DNA of 64,000 nt from Felis catus. Lineage: Eukaryota. Below are positions 23,573-34,929 of this stretch, piece after piece. Location of the stretch: assembly GCF_018350175.1 (NCBI RefSeq), contig NC_058368.1, positions 199,766,001 through 199,830,000 on the forward strand, in the 5' to 3' direction. The notes under the pieces are model-generated. The model had not been told where the DNA came from. It saw only the letters and a program-made list of their open reading frames with translations, and did no database searches. Positions within the stretch are counted from its first letter, which is position 1. The number at the start of each line of letters is the position of its first letter. A program made the translations under genes and the position numbers.

Positions 23573-24995
23573 AAAAAAAAAAGTAAATGAATAAATAAAA
23601 AGCAGAATCAGACCCATAAATACAAAGAACAAACTGGTGGTTGCCAGAGGGGCAGGGGGTAGGATTGGGCAAAATAGGTGAAAGGGAGAGGGAGATACAG
23701 GCTTCCAGTTATGTAATGAATAAATCACAGGAATAAAAGTCACAGCATAAGGAATATAGTGAATGATATTATAATGTAAAAGGACAGATGGTAGCTACAT
23801 TTGTGATGAACATAGCGGGATGGGACGTGTAAACTTGTCAGATCACTTTGTTATATACCTGAAACTAATGTAACATGGTGTGTCAACTATACTCAGAAAA
23901 AAAAAAAAAAAAAAGAAAATGAGATTGTTAATGTCACATTATAAAAAAAAATAAGTCTGCCTAAAATTTTTTTTCTTGTAAAAGATAGGTTTTTTTTTTT
24001 CCAGATTTTGAAATCAAGAATGGAAATAATTCATGACTTCACAAGAGAGCAATGCTCCTCATCCATGAAACGGGGTCAGTGTTGATTCTTTCTTCTCTAT
24101 AATAATCTTATGGAAATCACTTTGTTATGAAGATTGACAAAGTATTATGAGATCTTCTCATCTTCAACAATGATAATTCAGAATATTTGACAGGAAACAT
24201 TTAAGAAACTAGGGTTTTGTTAAATTTTTAAACAATTATATTTGCCCCTCCCTTATTGAATATTCAATTACACATCTTTAAATGCTTTAGAACTGTTTTA
24301 ATTGCTTCTGAGAGCTAATGTTTACATTAATTTAAATAAGTAAGGTAGGACACACTACCACAAAAGCAAAGCATAATATTTATTATATTAACATCAGCTT
24401 CTCTTTTTTCCATCCTTTCTCTAATTTTCTAGGTCAACTTGTGCTTTTAATTTTGGTTTTCTTTTCAGTTCCGAGTTCATTATACTTCTGGGCATGGACT
24501 TAGAGAGCATAGTCCAGTTAGTGTATGCTAAGTTTTATGTGCAAGGACTAAAAATTCCAAGAGCTGGGTATACGCATACCTAACTGCTACACTAAGCAAC
24601 AGAATTTGACAAACTAATGTAGAAAACATCCAGGATTATATGAAAGTTTGCAAAGTTCCTGGTACAATTTGACTTTTTCACTGTAAAATGTGAACAGGAT
24701 AGTTCTGTTACTATGATCTCTTCACAGTAAAGAAGAATAATTGAATGAGATACTTAGGAAATACACAGACATTTGTGTGTGCATGTACATACATTTCAAA
24801 AATGAGGTGCATTTATATAAGGATTTCATTTGTACAGTATAGATTCAAAGACCCCTCATGGAAAATGGCAGTGCACTATACATGTAGCTCTTTCTCTACA
24901 GGTTATGCTTTTTGATGTGATTTTTAAAATTTTAATGGTGACATCCTCAAAATGATGAAATATAAACTATACTACATATGAAAGTGATAATTCAA

Positions 24996-25149
24996 GGGGC
25001 GCCTGGGTGGGTCAGGAAGTTAAGCGTCCAACTCTTGATTTCGGCTCAGGTCATGACCTCATGGTTCTGGAGTTTGAGCCCTGCATCAAGCTGTGCAGAG
25101 CCTGCTTGGGATTCTCTCCCTCCCTCCCTTCCTCTCTCTTGAAAAAGAG
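24996..25149 (+). mobile_element. SINEC about 105 nt downstream of exon 13 donor
   Basis: SINEC head; imperfect TSD AAAGTGATAATTCA / AAAATGATCATTCA. Confidence 0.88.
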
Positions 25150-25254
25150 AAAATGATCATTCACTGATTCTTCTGCAAAAATGCAGATTAATTTTTTATG
25201 TACCAATATTAAAGCAAATTCAACTGAATCAGTTTAATACTTTTTTTTTTTTAC

Positions 25255-25398
25255 CTTTGTGATAGTAAACAGGTAGACTCTTCCTTCCTCTTTCTTTAAG
25301 TCATTCATGTACATCGGTGCACCCACCAAGAGCACATCTGTAATGGTGTCTTTATTCACATCAACTGAACACAGCACACTACCAAAATAGGAGCCAAT
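25255..25398 (-). CDS. ITGA2: ITGA2 exon 13 (144 nt): [48 protein letters not shown]
   Basis: cag|ATT acceptor, AAG|GTAAAA donor; Ca-binding loop plus FG-GAP. Confidence 0.97.
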
Positions 25399-25571
25399 CT
25401 GTAAGGATAAAGCATATTAACCTTAGGATTCTTATGACTCATATACTCTTAATGTTATACTGAACTTTCATTTACTCATTCAACAAACAGAAATAGAGCA
25501 CTTACTACCTGTAAGGTACTAGAAACATTTAGATAACAGTCCCTTCTCTCAGGTTGTATCATGATGTAACA

Positions 25572-25712
25572 CTTGGTTCTTAAACCTTAGTGTGCACACA
25601 AATCACCAAGAAAGACTCTGAATGGGTGCAATCTAGAAAACGGTATGTTAAATAAGTACCCCCGGTGTTTCTGGTGCTGGTGGGTCAAAGACCACATTTA
25701 AAAGAGAAACAT
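25572..25712. mobile_element. MER5-like DNA transposon relic
   Basis: tggttcttaaacctt...aatcacc...ggtgtttctggtgc...gaccacattt pattern. Confidence 0.55.
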
Positions 25713-27004
25713 TTAGGAGGTTTGTGATGTGTGTCATAGAGAAATGCAGGAGGGGGAAGAGGGAGTTGGGACAAATGACTTTGCCTGCCTGTGCAGTTAA
25801 GTAGGTTGTAATAGAGGCAATGGCCAAATGCTGTGTGATCAGAGTGCAGGTGTCAGGAAGGCTCAGAAAGATTAAGTGTTATATAAACGGCATCTTAAAA
25901 AACAAGGAATTTTCTAGGTGGAGAAGAGTGGGCAGGCATGTGTGATGTAAGTGTCTGTAGCATGATCTTGCACAAGAGACAAGTTCGCAGATACATCAGG
26001 ACAGGGGAGCAGGTGGAGATACAATGAAATAAGAGAGGCTGGGAATCCGAATGCTCATTGCACGCCTATGTGAATACCTCTTAAGGATTTGGCAATGAAC
26101 AAGAAAGGATTCATCCTATAACACGGTCATTGTTTTTCCTCACAATAAAAGCACGGTTCTTTAAAATATTAAAGAGAGCAAAGTATGTGGCCATAGCTGG
26201 TTTGTGGTCAAGGAAGTCAAAGACTCAGGTTCTCTTACTCCTGGAAAATCCATAGACAGTAGGATCACACTTAATTCCAGAAAAGGGAAAACTAAATAGC
26301 TGGTTTCTCTAACTCCAGGAAGGAAAATTTGTTGTCAGAGATCAGGGTTGCCTATTTCAAATATGTGCCAAGCCCATGGGTTACAGCTGCTTGGTGAGGA
26401 AATAGGAATCTATTCAGCTGGCCTTTGTTCTAGTCAGACATGACTGGGAGTCATCACAGGTTCTGACTATCAAACTGTCATGTTGAGAAGAAAGTGGTGG
26501 AAAAGAGAGTTGCTTTAATTTTAGAAACATCAAAGCCACAGGACACCTTGACAGGCCCAGATAGAGTAGCCCAGTCTTGACAACGCTATCCTGCTCCCGT
26601 CTTCTCACTTTTCCTCCAGACCATTGACTCTTCGCAAGAGCTTGCCAACAAAGCTGTGGTTAGGACCCAATAATACACATGTAGTAGTAATTTAGGGAGT
26701 CAAAAGTATGCAGCTGGATATAACCAAACAGCACAGGCTTTGAGTCTACACACGACTGGGTTTTAATGACAGCACAACCCCATGAAAACTCTTTGACCTT
26801 AAGAAGGTAAATGCCCAGTCACCTGTTAGAAGGCGACAGATCTCAGTATTGTGAAGATTTAAGGAACCTTCAAGTGAATATAGGTCACAGAAGCAGCCAC
26901 AGGGTAGGCACTCAATGCTAGTTTCCTTTTCTATCAACTCCTCACTCCTCATCTGCTCTGGTTGACCCCACGATTAATTTCATCTGCTACAAAATGGACT
27001 TTAC

Positions 27005-27150
27005 CTGGTCACCTCGGTGAGCCTGAATAACGGTGACATTGCCATTCTTGTCAACACTGTATAGCACTATCTGGCCAGTGTAATTTGCCCGAGGAGCACC
27101 AGCAACAAAGTGAACATCTTTTCCGGTAGAAATCGCAGCCACAGAGTAAC
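27005..27150 (-). CDS. ITGA2: ITGA2 exon 12 (146 nt): (G)YSVAAISTGKDVHFVAGAPRANYTGQIVLYSVDKNGNVTVIQAHRGDQ
   Basis: ctag|GT acceptor, CAG|GTAAAG donor; inside ORF 26987..27223. Confidence 0.97.
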
Positions 27151-27256
27151 CTAGAGGAGAAGGACTTGCAGAGGTAGGTGCTATTGAAGAGCTCAGCAGA
27201 TGGGCTCCCAAAGTTAGTAGCAATGACCAGAGGTCCTTTTTTTGTTAGGAGGCAGG

Positions 27257-27808
27257 TGTTAGAAAGTGGAGGAGGGTCAGTAATGTACCCTCCAGACTGA
27301 GAGGTATTTTGATACTGAAAAACGAAGCAAGCCACTCCATATCATTCACACAGAGTTTTATTGGGGGTAACTTACCCAGTGGGGGGAAGGTGGGGTGCAG
27401 ACGGACAGCACCTAGCCATTGATCCAAGCCATTACACAACTCTTCTACGCAGCTATTCCCCACCCCTACTCAGGCCTTCATCTCCAGTTTTTATGGAGGG
27501 AGGGGCACGGTGGTGAGGTCACAGGGTAGTTACCTAAAGCAGCACCATGTGTGCACCACAGGATGTCTGCTAATTGTCTAGAGTGGTGCCACCTGTGCCC
27601 CAGGGCCCTCTGCTGCTTATCTAAAGTGGTGGCATCTGGGGGGCGCTTGGGGGGCTCAGTTGGTTAAGCATCTGACTTCACCTCAGGTCGTGATCTCACA
27701 TTTCTTGGGTTCGAGCCCCGCGTTGGGCTCTGTGCTGATGGCTCAGAGCCTGGAGCCTGCTTCGGATTCTGTCTCCCTCTCGCTCTGCCCCTCCCCCGCT
27801 TGCACTCC

Positions 27809-27862
<54 letters not shown>

Positions 27863-28075
27863 CTCTCAAAAAATGAATAAACATCAACAAAATTGTTTTA
27901 AGTGGTAGCATCTGTGCACCAGAGGGGAGAACAAGACAGAGGGCCAAAGGTGAAGTCAGTGTGATCCGCGCTCCCTCAGGGCAATGCCCAGATCTAAGTG
28001 TGCTCCAGCAGCACTGCTCCACACGGGTGGACACCTGCCTGTAAAACAGGCCCTAGATTCTGGGTTGTCCCATCA
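27257..28075 (-). mobile_element. Probable old solo LTR, interrupted by a SINEC
   Basis: Minus strand starts TGATGGGACAACC, CATAAAAA at 27495-27488, AATAAA at 27362-27357; left boundary uncertain, no TSD found. Confidence 0.5.
27639..27899 (+). mobile_element. SINEC with expanded (CT)n
   Basis: TSD AAGTGGTGGCATCTG / AAGTGGTAGCATCTG; (CT)n ~27812-27867. Confidence 0.93.
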
Positions 28076-28149
28076 GCCCCTCATGAACTTGGCACTCAAC
28101 AAGTATTTTTTGAATGAACAATTACATGAATTTAAAAGGTAATGGAATG

Positions 28150-28390
28150 CAGTGGACAGAACATAGGCTATGGAGTCAGACAGTCCCAGGTTCAAATTCT
28201 GGATTTGCCGCTTGCTAAGTTGTTTGCCTTTGGGCAAGTTATTAACCTCATTGGCTCTCAACGGTAAAATGGGAATAATAATACTTTCTTCAAAGGGTTG
28301 TGGGAAGGATTTAAGTGTTTATGTAGATAGAATAGCCAGCTCAGGAAGTGTCCCATAGTAGGTACTCAAAATCAGTGGCTGCTTATTATA
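28150..28390 (+). mobile_element. MIR
   Basis: ggagtcagacagtcccaggttcaaattct...ttgggcaagttattaacctc...taaaatgggaataata core. Confidence 0.85.
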
Positions 28391-28676
28391 GGAACCAAAA
28401 AGACTAAGAACTCTAAATTAATATAAGACTCCCATTTACTATATTGGCTTCTAGGAACTATTTCCATTTGGGAGAAGCGCAAGCACTTCCCAGGAATAAC
28501 TACTGCTTGAATAGCCAGAAGACATCAGTAAGTGTAATACAGTATGTCATTAAATAGTTATAGCCAAGGTCTGATTTGTAAAGAGGCAACATAAACATGT
28601 GTAATAAATATAATAATTAGATGACACTTCAAGGGCTTTGCTTAATGGATCTTGAAATTCAGAGAGGGGCTAGTTT

Positions 28677-28897
28677 TTTCAAAATTGTTTTTAACCTTTA
28701 TTTATTATTAAGAAACAGAGAGAGACAGAGCATGAGCAGAGGAGGGGCAGAGAGAAAGGGAGATAGAAACTGAAGCAGCCTCTAGGCTCTGAACTGTCGG
28801 CACAGAGCCCAATGTGGGGCTCGAACTCACAAACCACAAAGTCATGACCTGAGCCGAAGTTGGATGCTTAACCGGCTAAGCCACCCAGGCGCCCCCC
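28677..28897 (-). mobile_element. SINEC about 65 nt downstream of exon 11 donor
   Basis: TSD AGGGGCTAGTTT. Confidence 0.92.
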
Positions 28898-28961
28898 AGC
28901 AAGGGGCTAGTTTAAAAAAAGGGAGCTTAAATTTCCTGAGTCAAATGCTGCTATGCCTTAC

Positions 28962-29100
28962 CTAAATATGAACTGTGATTTTTATCTTGCAGAATTTGGT
29001 CAAAGGCTTGTTTAGGAAAGATCATATGTCCATGAGATGTCTGCTGGACCACGGTACCACTCCAGCCATAAGCTCCTACTGCACCCAGCATCAGAATATC
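28962..29100 (-). CDS. ITGA2: ITGA2 exon 11 (139 nt): DILMLGAVGAYGWSGTVVQQTSHGHMIFPKQAFDQILQDKNHSSYL(G)
   Basis: tag|GAT acceptor, G|GTAAGG donor. Confidence 0.97.
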
Positions 29101-30864
29101 CTAAAATAAATGAAAAATGAAGACCATGAAAATAAACCATGTTTAAGGCACGAGAATGCAGGGGAGGCAATACATTGAAATAAAGGGTCTAGATTTAAGG
29201 AGAAGATGATAAAGTAAAATGTATATGAATGTATGTCCAAATTGATATATGCCCAAATTGTTTTAATATATTTTGTGTTGGAGAAAAGTCTTCCCTGAGG
29301 CTTTGTTACCTTGATACATTCTATAGATAAATCTCTACTATGCTACAGGAGAAGCACATAGGCACCTTCCAATTTGCATTCAGAGGCCCCCATCTGCAAA
29401 CGCCAAACAGTGTGAGCTGTTAGAAAGAAGTCAGAAATGAGCCTCCTGTCTCACATAGTCATAAGAAAAGTTCACGGTCGGATGTGGGGCATGCTTGAGA
29501 AAATAGGAAGTGCAGCTGGCAGAGGAAGAGAGGTGGGGCGTTTCTGCTCTCCAGGCACATCATCCTGGCAGGCCCCCTTCTGACCTATTCTATTTTCAAC
29601 ATTCTTTCTCTTTCCTCTTGGTCACTTCTCAGATGTTCCTCCATCATCTATATCCTATCCCATCTATTTGAAAATAGCTCAGCTATGAAAGGTAACTAGG
29701 GCAGAACATTCAATCTGGTTGGTGGAGAACAGCCACGGTCAGCACAGCGGGGGTGGGGGGCGGCACACAAGAAACACAGGCTGCTCTGATGGACTCAACA
29801 TCCACCCAAACACTCAAAAGCGATACATCACCACAGAAGGCAGGGTTGTCAGGATGGGATTTATTATTTTTTTCAGTTTTTGATCTTAGATCGTAGAAAA
29901 CACCAAAGTTACGGATTTTGGATTGAAAAATATAAGCCATTAAAAATACATCAGGTTGGAAAATGATGTGCCCATTTTGAGGACAAAAGACCAGGAAATG
30001 AAGAGAATGGCTGTCATAAATGTGGGACTCTGAATCAGGGGTGCAGGAAAGGACTGCAGGAAGTATACAAAAATCTCAGGAAGGTGTGTGCAAAATTCTC
30101 TGTGTGAGGGTTCATTTACATTTTTTTTTTCTGGAGGGAAAAACCCATAACTTTTATGAGTGATTATCTCTAACAATTGGTGATCCAGAAAAAGTTAGCA
30201 CCTTTTATTCTCAAGAAAAAAACCCCAAGCCGTTCCTGATCCTTGCTTCTGGCAATCAAATTCTCTGAGTTCATACTGTTCCCTAGGCTTTTCCAGTGTC
30301 ACTACGTCTGGGCCCTTTACTATCCCACCAGGACCCTGAGCAGAGTTGGAACCAGAGCCCTAGGAAGTGGATGTTTATGACAAGGAAGAATGGATTTTCT
30401 GAGCTAAGAAGACGTTGCATCTCACATGTGTCCTAACTCCTTACTTTTTCACCTATCTTCTGTCTCTGCTCTTAGAAAAGAGATACTCTGGCAACTCAGA
30501 ATTCACCAATGGCAGTGCTAACAAGAGTTTGTGTGTTTTTTTTTAAATAAACTTTTCTGGTAGTTAATCGATTTAAAGGAAATTCCTGCAATGACAATCC
30601 CTTGAATTAATATAGTGCTTGTCCTTTGGAGCATTTTCTTTTTTTTTTCCATAAAAACTCCCTGTGAAACATGGAAGAGAAGGCATTGTTATCCTTCACT
30701 TTTTAGTTGACAAAGCAGCAGCACAAAGAAACTAAACAACTATGACTGAGAAGCTGAACGTTTGCTCACTACATGGCTCCTTTTTCCACTCTCTGTATAA
30801 AGCCGCTGTGCCCAGAAGTGTTGAGCCCAATGACAGCATGGCTGGAAGTTATCTGATTACACAC

Positions 30865-30941
30865 CTTTTGAGGAGAGTAATCTGCGCTGAATCCCACTTG
30901 TGACATTTCCATCTGGAAGTTGTCCCCTCCTTGAATAGTAC
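30865..30941 (-). CDS. ITGA2: ITGA2 exon 10 (77 nt): (G)TIQGGDNFQMEMSQVGFSADYSPQK
   Basis: gcag|GT acceptor, AAG|GTGTGT donor; phase fits neighbours. Confidence 0.95.
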
Positions 30942-31342
30942 CTGCAAAAAGGTAATTTTGAGAATTATATTGCTGTCAAATTTTAAATCAGATTTTCAAA
31001 CACACGTGCACACATAGACGCACGTGAACACATGCACACGTATGCACACACACACAATGTTCTCATGGTCACTCAAAAATATTCTGGGATGGAGAAATCA
31101 CTAAGAAGTATTCTAACATATATGGGAACCCACAATACTTCCAAGATAGTGTTTGAAGTTGGTCTTAATCTTGATTATGCATTAATGCGTTTACTTGTAT
31201 GCTTAGGATGTTCTTGATATCAAAAACACTCAATATAGGGGATGAGGTAAGATAAAAACTGAAGTCATGGCCTTTTTAAAAAAAAGTTATTATTCCTAGC
31301 TAAGAAATTAACTGAATTTTTAGCTTTTAAATATCGGTACTA

Positions 31343-31555
31343 GAGGCGCCTGGGTGGCTTGGTCGGTTAAGCGTCTGACTTCGGCTCAGGTCATGGTCTC
31401 ACGGTCCGTGAGTTCGAGCCCCGCGTGGGGCTCTGTGCTGACAGCTCAGAGCCTGGAGCCTGTTTCAGATTCTGTGTCTCCCTCTCTCTCTGACCCTCCC
31501 CCGTTCATGCTCTCTCTCTGTCTAAAAATAAATAAACGTTAAAAAAATTAAAAAA
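31343..31555 (+). mobile_element. SINEC (felid type)
   Basis: Perfect TSD AAATATCGGTACTA. Confidence 0.95.
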
Positions 31556-31919
31556 AAATATCGGTACTAATAAGTGTACACATATCTCAGATGCAGTTGG
31601 AAGAGCCAGGTAGCTGACATGTCACGAAGACTAAACAGACAGATATTTGGGTGAGGTTTCAGGATCCAGGATTCAAGAATGAGTAGGAATTTTACCAATT
31701 GGGCAGTTTGTCCTACTTCTACATATGTGCCTGCCTCTGACACCAGAGCTGTAGGACTCGGTATGGTCAAAATGGTTACATTTCATTAATCTTCACAAAA
31801 AGGAATAAGTTCCTAGACCAACACTTTGACATAGAGAGTAATATATATAATATATAACATGACACAGTCACTTGTTTAGAAGATGTAATAATTTACAAAG
31901 GATGAGAAGAGATTCATTT

Positions 31920-32028
31920 TCTTTAAGATTTTATTTTTAAGTAATTGCTACTCCCAATATGTGGCTCAAAATCACAACCCTGAGATCAGAAGTCACATGC
32001 TCCACTGACTGAGCCAGCCAAGTGCCCC
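31920..32028 (-). mobile_element. Short old SINEC
   Basis: gactgagccagccaagtgcccc reverse head with T-rich tail. Confidence 0.78.
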
Positions 32029-32645
32029 AAGACAATTTTTAATAAAGTAGCGCAGTGCTTCCCCAAAATCCATAATAGCAGGTAAGGCACAAAATCATTT
32101 CTAATTGGCATTTAGGTTGAATTGTGATTATTCATGTCAATGCCACCACAAACAAGTGTAAGTTGTACCATAGGAACCCAAATAATTTTATATTATCTCA
32201 GAGCACATTGGATTTGGATTTTGATGCTGATTTAAACAGCTTAGAAGTATCATTAGATGTTTAAAGAAGCAATAATATTTTTTGGATAGAAGACTCCAGT
32301 GGACAATCAGGAAATAAAGATAAGACTCAGGAATTAATGCTTAATTTATGCAATGCCCCTGGACCCAGCTTCTGAAAGATACCTGATATATAGCAGGTGC
32401 TCAATAAAATAGGCTCTTTACTGCTGAGAGTTATTTGAATTAATGACCAGGAACCAGAATTTGGATCATGTGGGATTTTTTTACCAACTGGGAAAATGTG
32501 TTCCAAACAGTGAGTTCTTAAACATGGAGTATTTCTACACCGACTAGACCTTCCAAGGCCATATAAGTAAATTTTTGTAGATCTGGTAAATAACATATTT
32601 CCTTGAAATCTGAACTATTAAAAATCTTCACTATACTTTTCTAAC

Positions 32646-32837
32646 TTAAACAAATTTTTTTAACCTTTGTTTTTGTGAGACAGAGAGAGACACAGTACAA
32701 GTGAGGGAGGGGCAGAAAGAGAGAGGGAGGCACAGAATCTGAAGCAAGCTCCAGGCTCTGAGCTGACAGCCCAGAGCCTGATGCAAGGCTCGAGCTCATA
32801 AACCGTGAGATCATGACCCGAGCCAAAGTCAGCACCC
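32646..32837 (-). mobile_element. SINEC lacking most of its 5' head
   Basis: Perfect TSD CTATACTTTTCTAAC (32631-32645 / 32838-32852). Confidence 0.92.
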
Positions 32838-33353
32838 CTATACTTTTCTAACCTTAAATGTATACATGTTTGTTGTAAACAAATTCAGGAATTTCAGAAA
32901 TTATATAATAGGGTAGAAAGACAAAACTTTTTATGATTATAAAATATGCAGTGTAAAAAATTGTAAAACTATTTACAATTATAATAGATATTACTAAATT
33001 GCCCTCCCCCCAAAGCTATACAATTTATAATCTTATCGATAGTATATGAGCTTCTCTGCTTCCCCATATCTCCAAGATCATATATTACTAATCGTTGTTA
33101 TATTTTAGGCACAAAGTAACATTGACTTAATTTATATTTTAAAACAATTACTGAAATTGGGAATCTTTTCTTATGTTTACTAGCCATTTGTATCTTATCT
33201 TCTATAACCTACTTATTCATGTTGTCTACTTTTCTTACTGATTCATCGGAGTCCTTTCATATAAAGTATACAAGGTAACATTATTAGAGTAAATATACAG
33301 TAATAAAATCAAGAATTCTCAAAAACAGTTTTTGAAAGATGGAGTTCTTTTAC

Positions 33354-33519
33354 CTTCAATGCTAAAAATTTGTTCTCCTAGTGTCCCAGCCTTTTCTAGT
33401 AGAGCTGCTTCATCAGACACGTTGAAAAAATATCTTTCTGTTGGAATACTGGCAATTGCTTTAATTTCTTTTATTAAATTTTTGGTGTCAAGGGCATTTC
33501 TGTTTAAGTACCCAAGAAC
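33354..33519 (-). CDS. ITGA2: ITGA2 exon 9 (166 nt): VLGYLNRNALDTKNLIKEIKAIASIPTERYFFNVSDEAALLEKAGTLGEQIFSIE(G)
   Basis: aag|GTT acceptor, AAG|GTAAAA donor; inside ORF 33319..33552. Confidence 0.97.
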
Positions 33520-33805
33520 CTTGAAGATAGAGACAGAGAGAAAAAAGGTCATTATAGCTGTACTCCACTATCCCTTTATACTTTCTAGTATTATATTTCT
33601 GAACAGAATAGAGCCTCTGGAGAAGTAAATCCATAACCCTGTAGTCAATGGGACTGAAAATCAACAAGACGTGGAGACAGAGTAAAAATTTTCTTTTCCT
33701 ATAAAGCTGTGAACAGCCAATGAGAGCGTGCGGTCTTGGGAAGTGATGTTACAAAGGAGCACTCACCCATTAACTGAAAGACAACTAAAAAGAAAATCTA
33801 CTTAC

Positions 33806-33956
33806 CGCTATGCCAAACCTCAGTATATTGTCATTGTTGCATTCATCAATCACGGCCTTCAGCATTGAACCGTCATGTGATTCACCATCAGTTACAACCA
33901 CCATTACTTTGGTAGCACCTGGCCGTCCTCCAGCAGCTGCTGCATACGCAAAATCT
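33806..33956 (-). CDS. ITGA2: ITGA2 exon 8 (151 nt): DFAYAAAAGGRPGATKVMVVVTDGESHDGSMLKAVIDECNNDNILRFGIA
   Basis: cag|A acceptor, GCG|GTAAGT donor; VTDGES MIDAS Asp. Confidence 0.97.
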
Positions 33957-34428
33957 CTGTGGCAGACAAAATTAAAAACTCACTATCAAAAGATGAAGCT
34001 AATATGTGGACCTCTGGTTATAAATTTAACTTCTTCATGAAGTTAGTTCTGAAACTAACTTCTTTGAGCATGACCTATTGTGACTTGGAATTTATCTCTA
34101 TGTCAGTTCTGGTGACATATTTACCTACATTCTATTTGCAGCCTAAAGGGAAATAGATATACATCTCGCATAGTTTTCATGGTATGTGCGCGCACGTGCG
34201 CGCGCGCGCGTGTGTGTGTATTTGTGCGCACGTGCATGTATTTACATCAAGAATCCTTAGAATTATCTTCTGATAAGAAAAAAATCATTAATACTAATTA
34301 ACAGAGCAAAGATATTCAATCCTGTCACCAATTTTACCCATTGGATCTGCATTTACTTTTCAATACAAAATTGTTCTTTAAAGAGTAATAAGTACAGTTG
34401 ATAAAACAATTTCAAAGCATTTGGAAAG

Positions 34429-34432
<4 letters not shown>

Positions 34433-34465
<33 letters not shown>

Positions 34466-34478
34466 GAGAGAGAGAGAG

Positions 34479-34514
<36 letters not shown>

Positions 34515-34687
34515 TGTGTGTGTGTGTGGGGGGGGGGGTCTGGGGCAAAGACAGAGAGAGAGAGAGAATCCCAAGCAGGCTCCCCTAACAGCGTGGAGCC
34601 TGATGCAGGGCTCCATCTCATGCACCATGAGATCATGACCTGAGTAGAAATCGAGTCAGACGCTTCACTGAGACACCCAGAAGCCCC
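34433..34687 (-). mobile_element. SINEC with (TG)n(AG)n(TG)n expansion
   Basis: Reverse SINEC body and compound microsatellite 34433-34530. Confidence 0.88.
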
Positions 34688-34712
34688 TGGAAAGGTATAA
34701 AATAAAAATGTA

Positions 34713-34912
34713 GGGGCACCTGGGTCTCTCATCAGTCAGTTAAGCACCTGACTTCAGTTCAGGTCATGATCTCACAGTTTGTGAGTTCAAGCCCCACACC
34801 GGGCTCTCTGCTGTCACTGCAGAGCCCGATTCAGATCCTCTGTCTCCTCCTTTCTGCCCCTTCCCTACTCACATGCCCACACACACACTCTCTCTCACAA
34901 ATAAACATTTTT
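34713..34912 (+). mobile_element. SINEC head-to-head with the previous copy
   Basis: ggggcacctgggt head; TSD approx TAAAAATGT. Confidence 0.88.
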
Positions 34913-34929
34913 TAAAAATGTGACACCAA

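Larger units (their letters stand above)
16827..23915 (+). mobile_element. Near-full-length decayed LINE-1 (carnivore type), antisense in ITGA2 intron 13
   Basis: L1-like 5' end (ccaaggtggc...ccctgaactcacttcctcc), ORF1 relic ~18420-19550, ORF2 relic, poly(A) 23897-23914, TSD AAAATGAGACAGTTA (16812-16826) / AAAATGAGATTGTTA (23916-23930). Confidence 0.93.
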
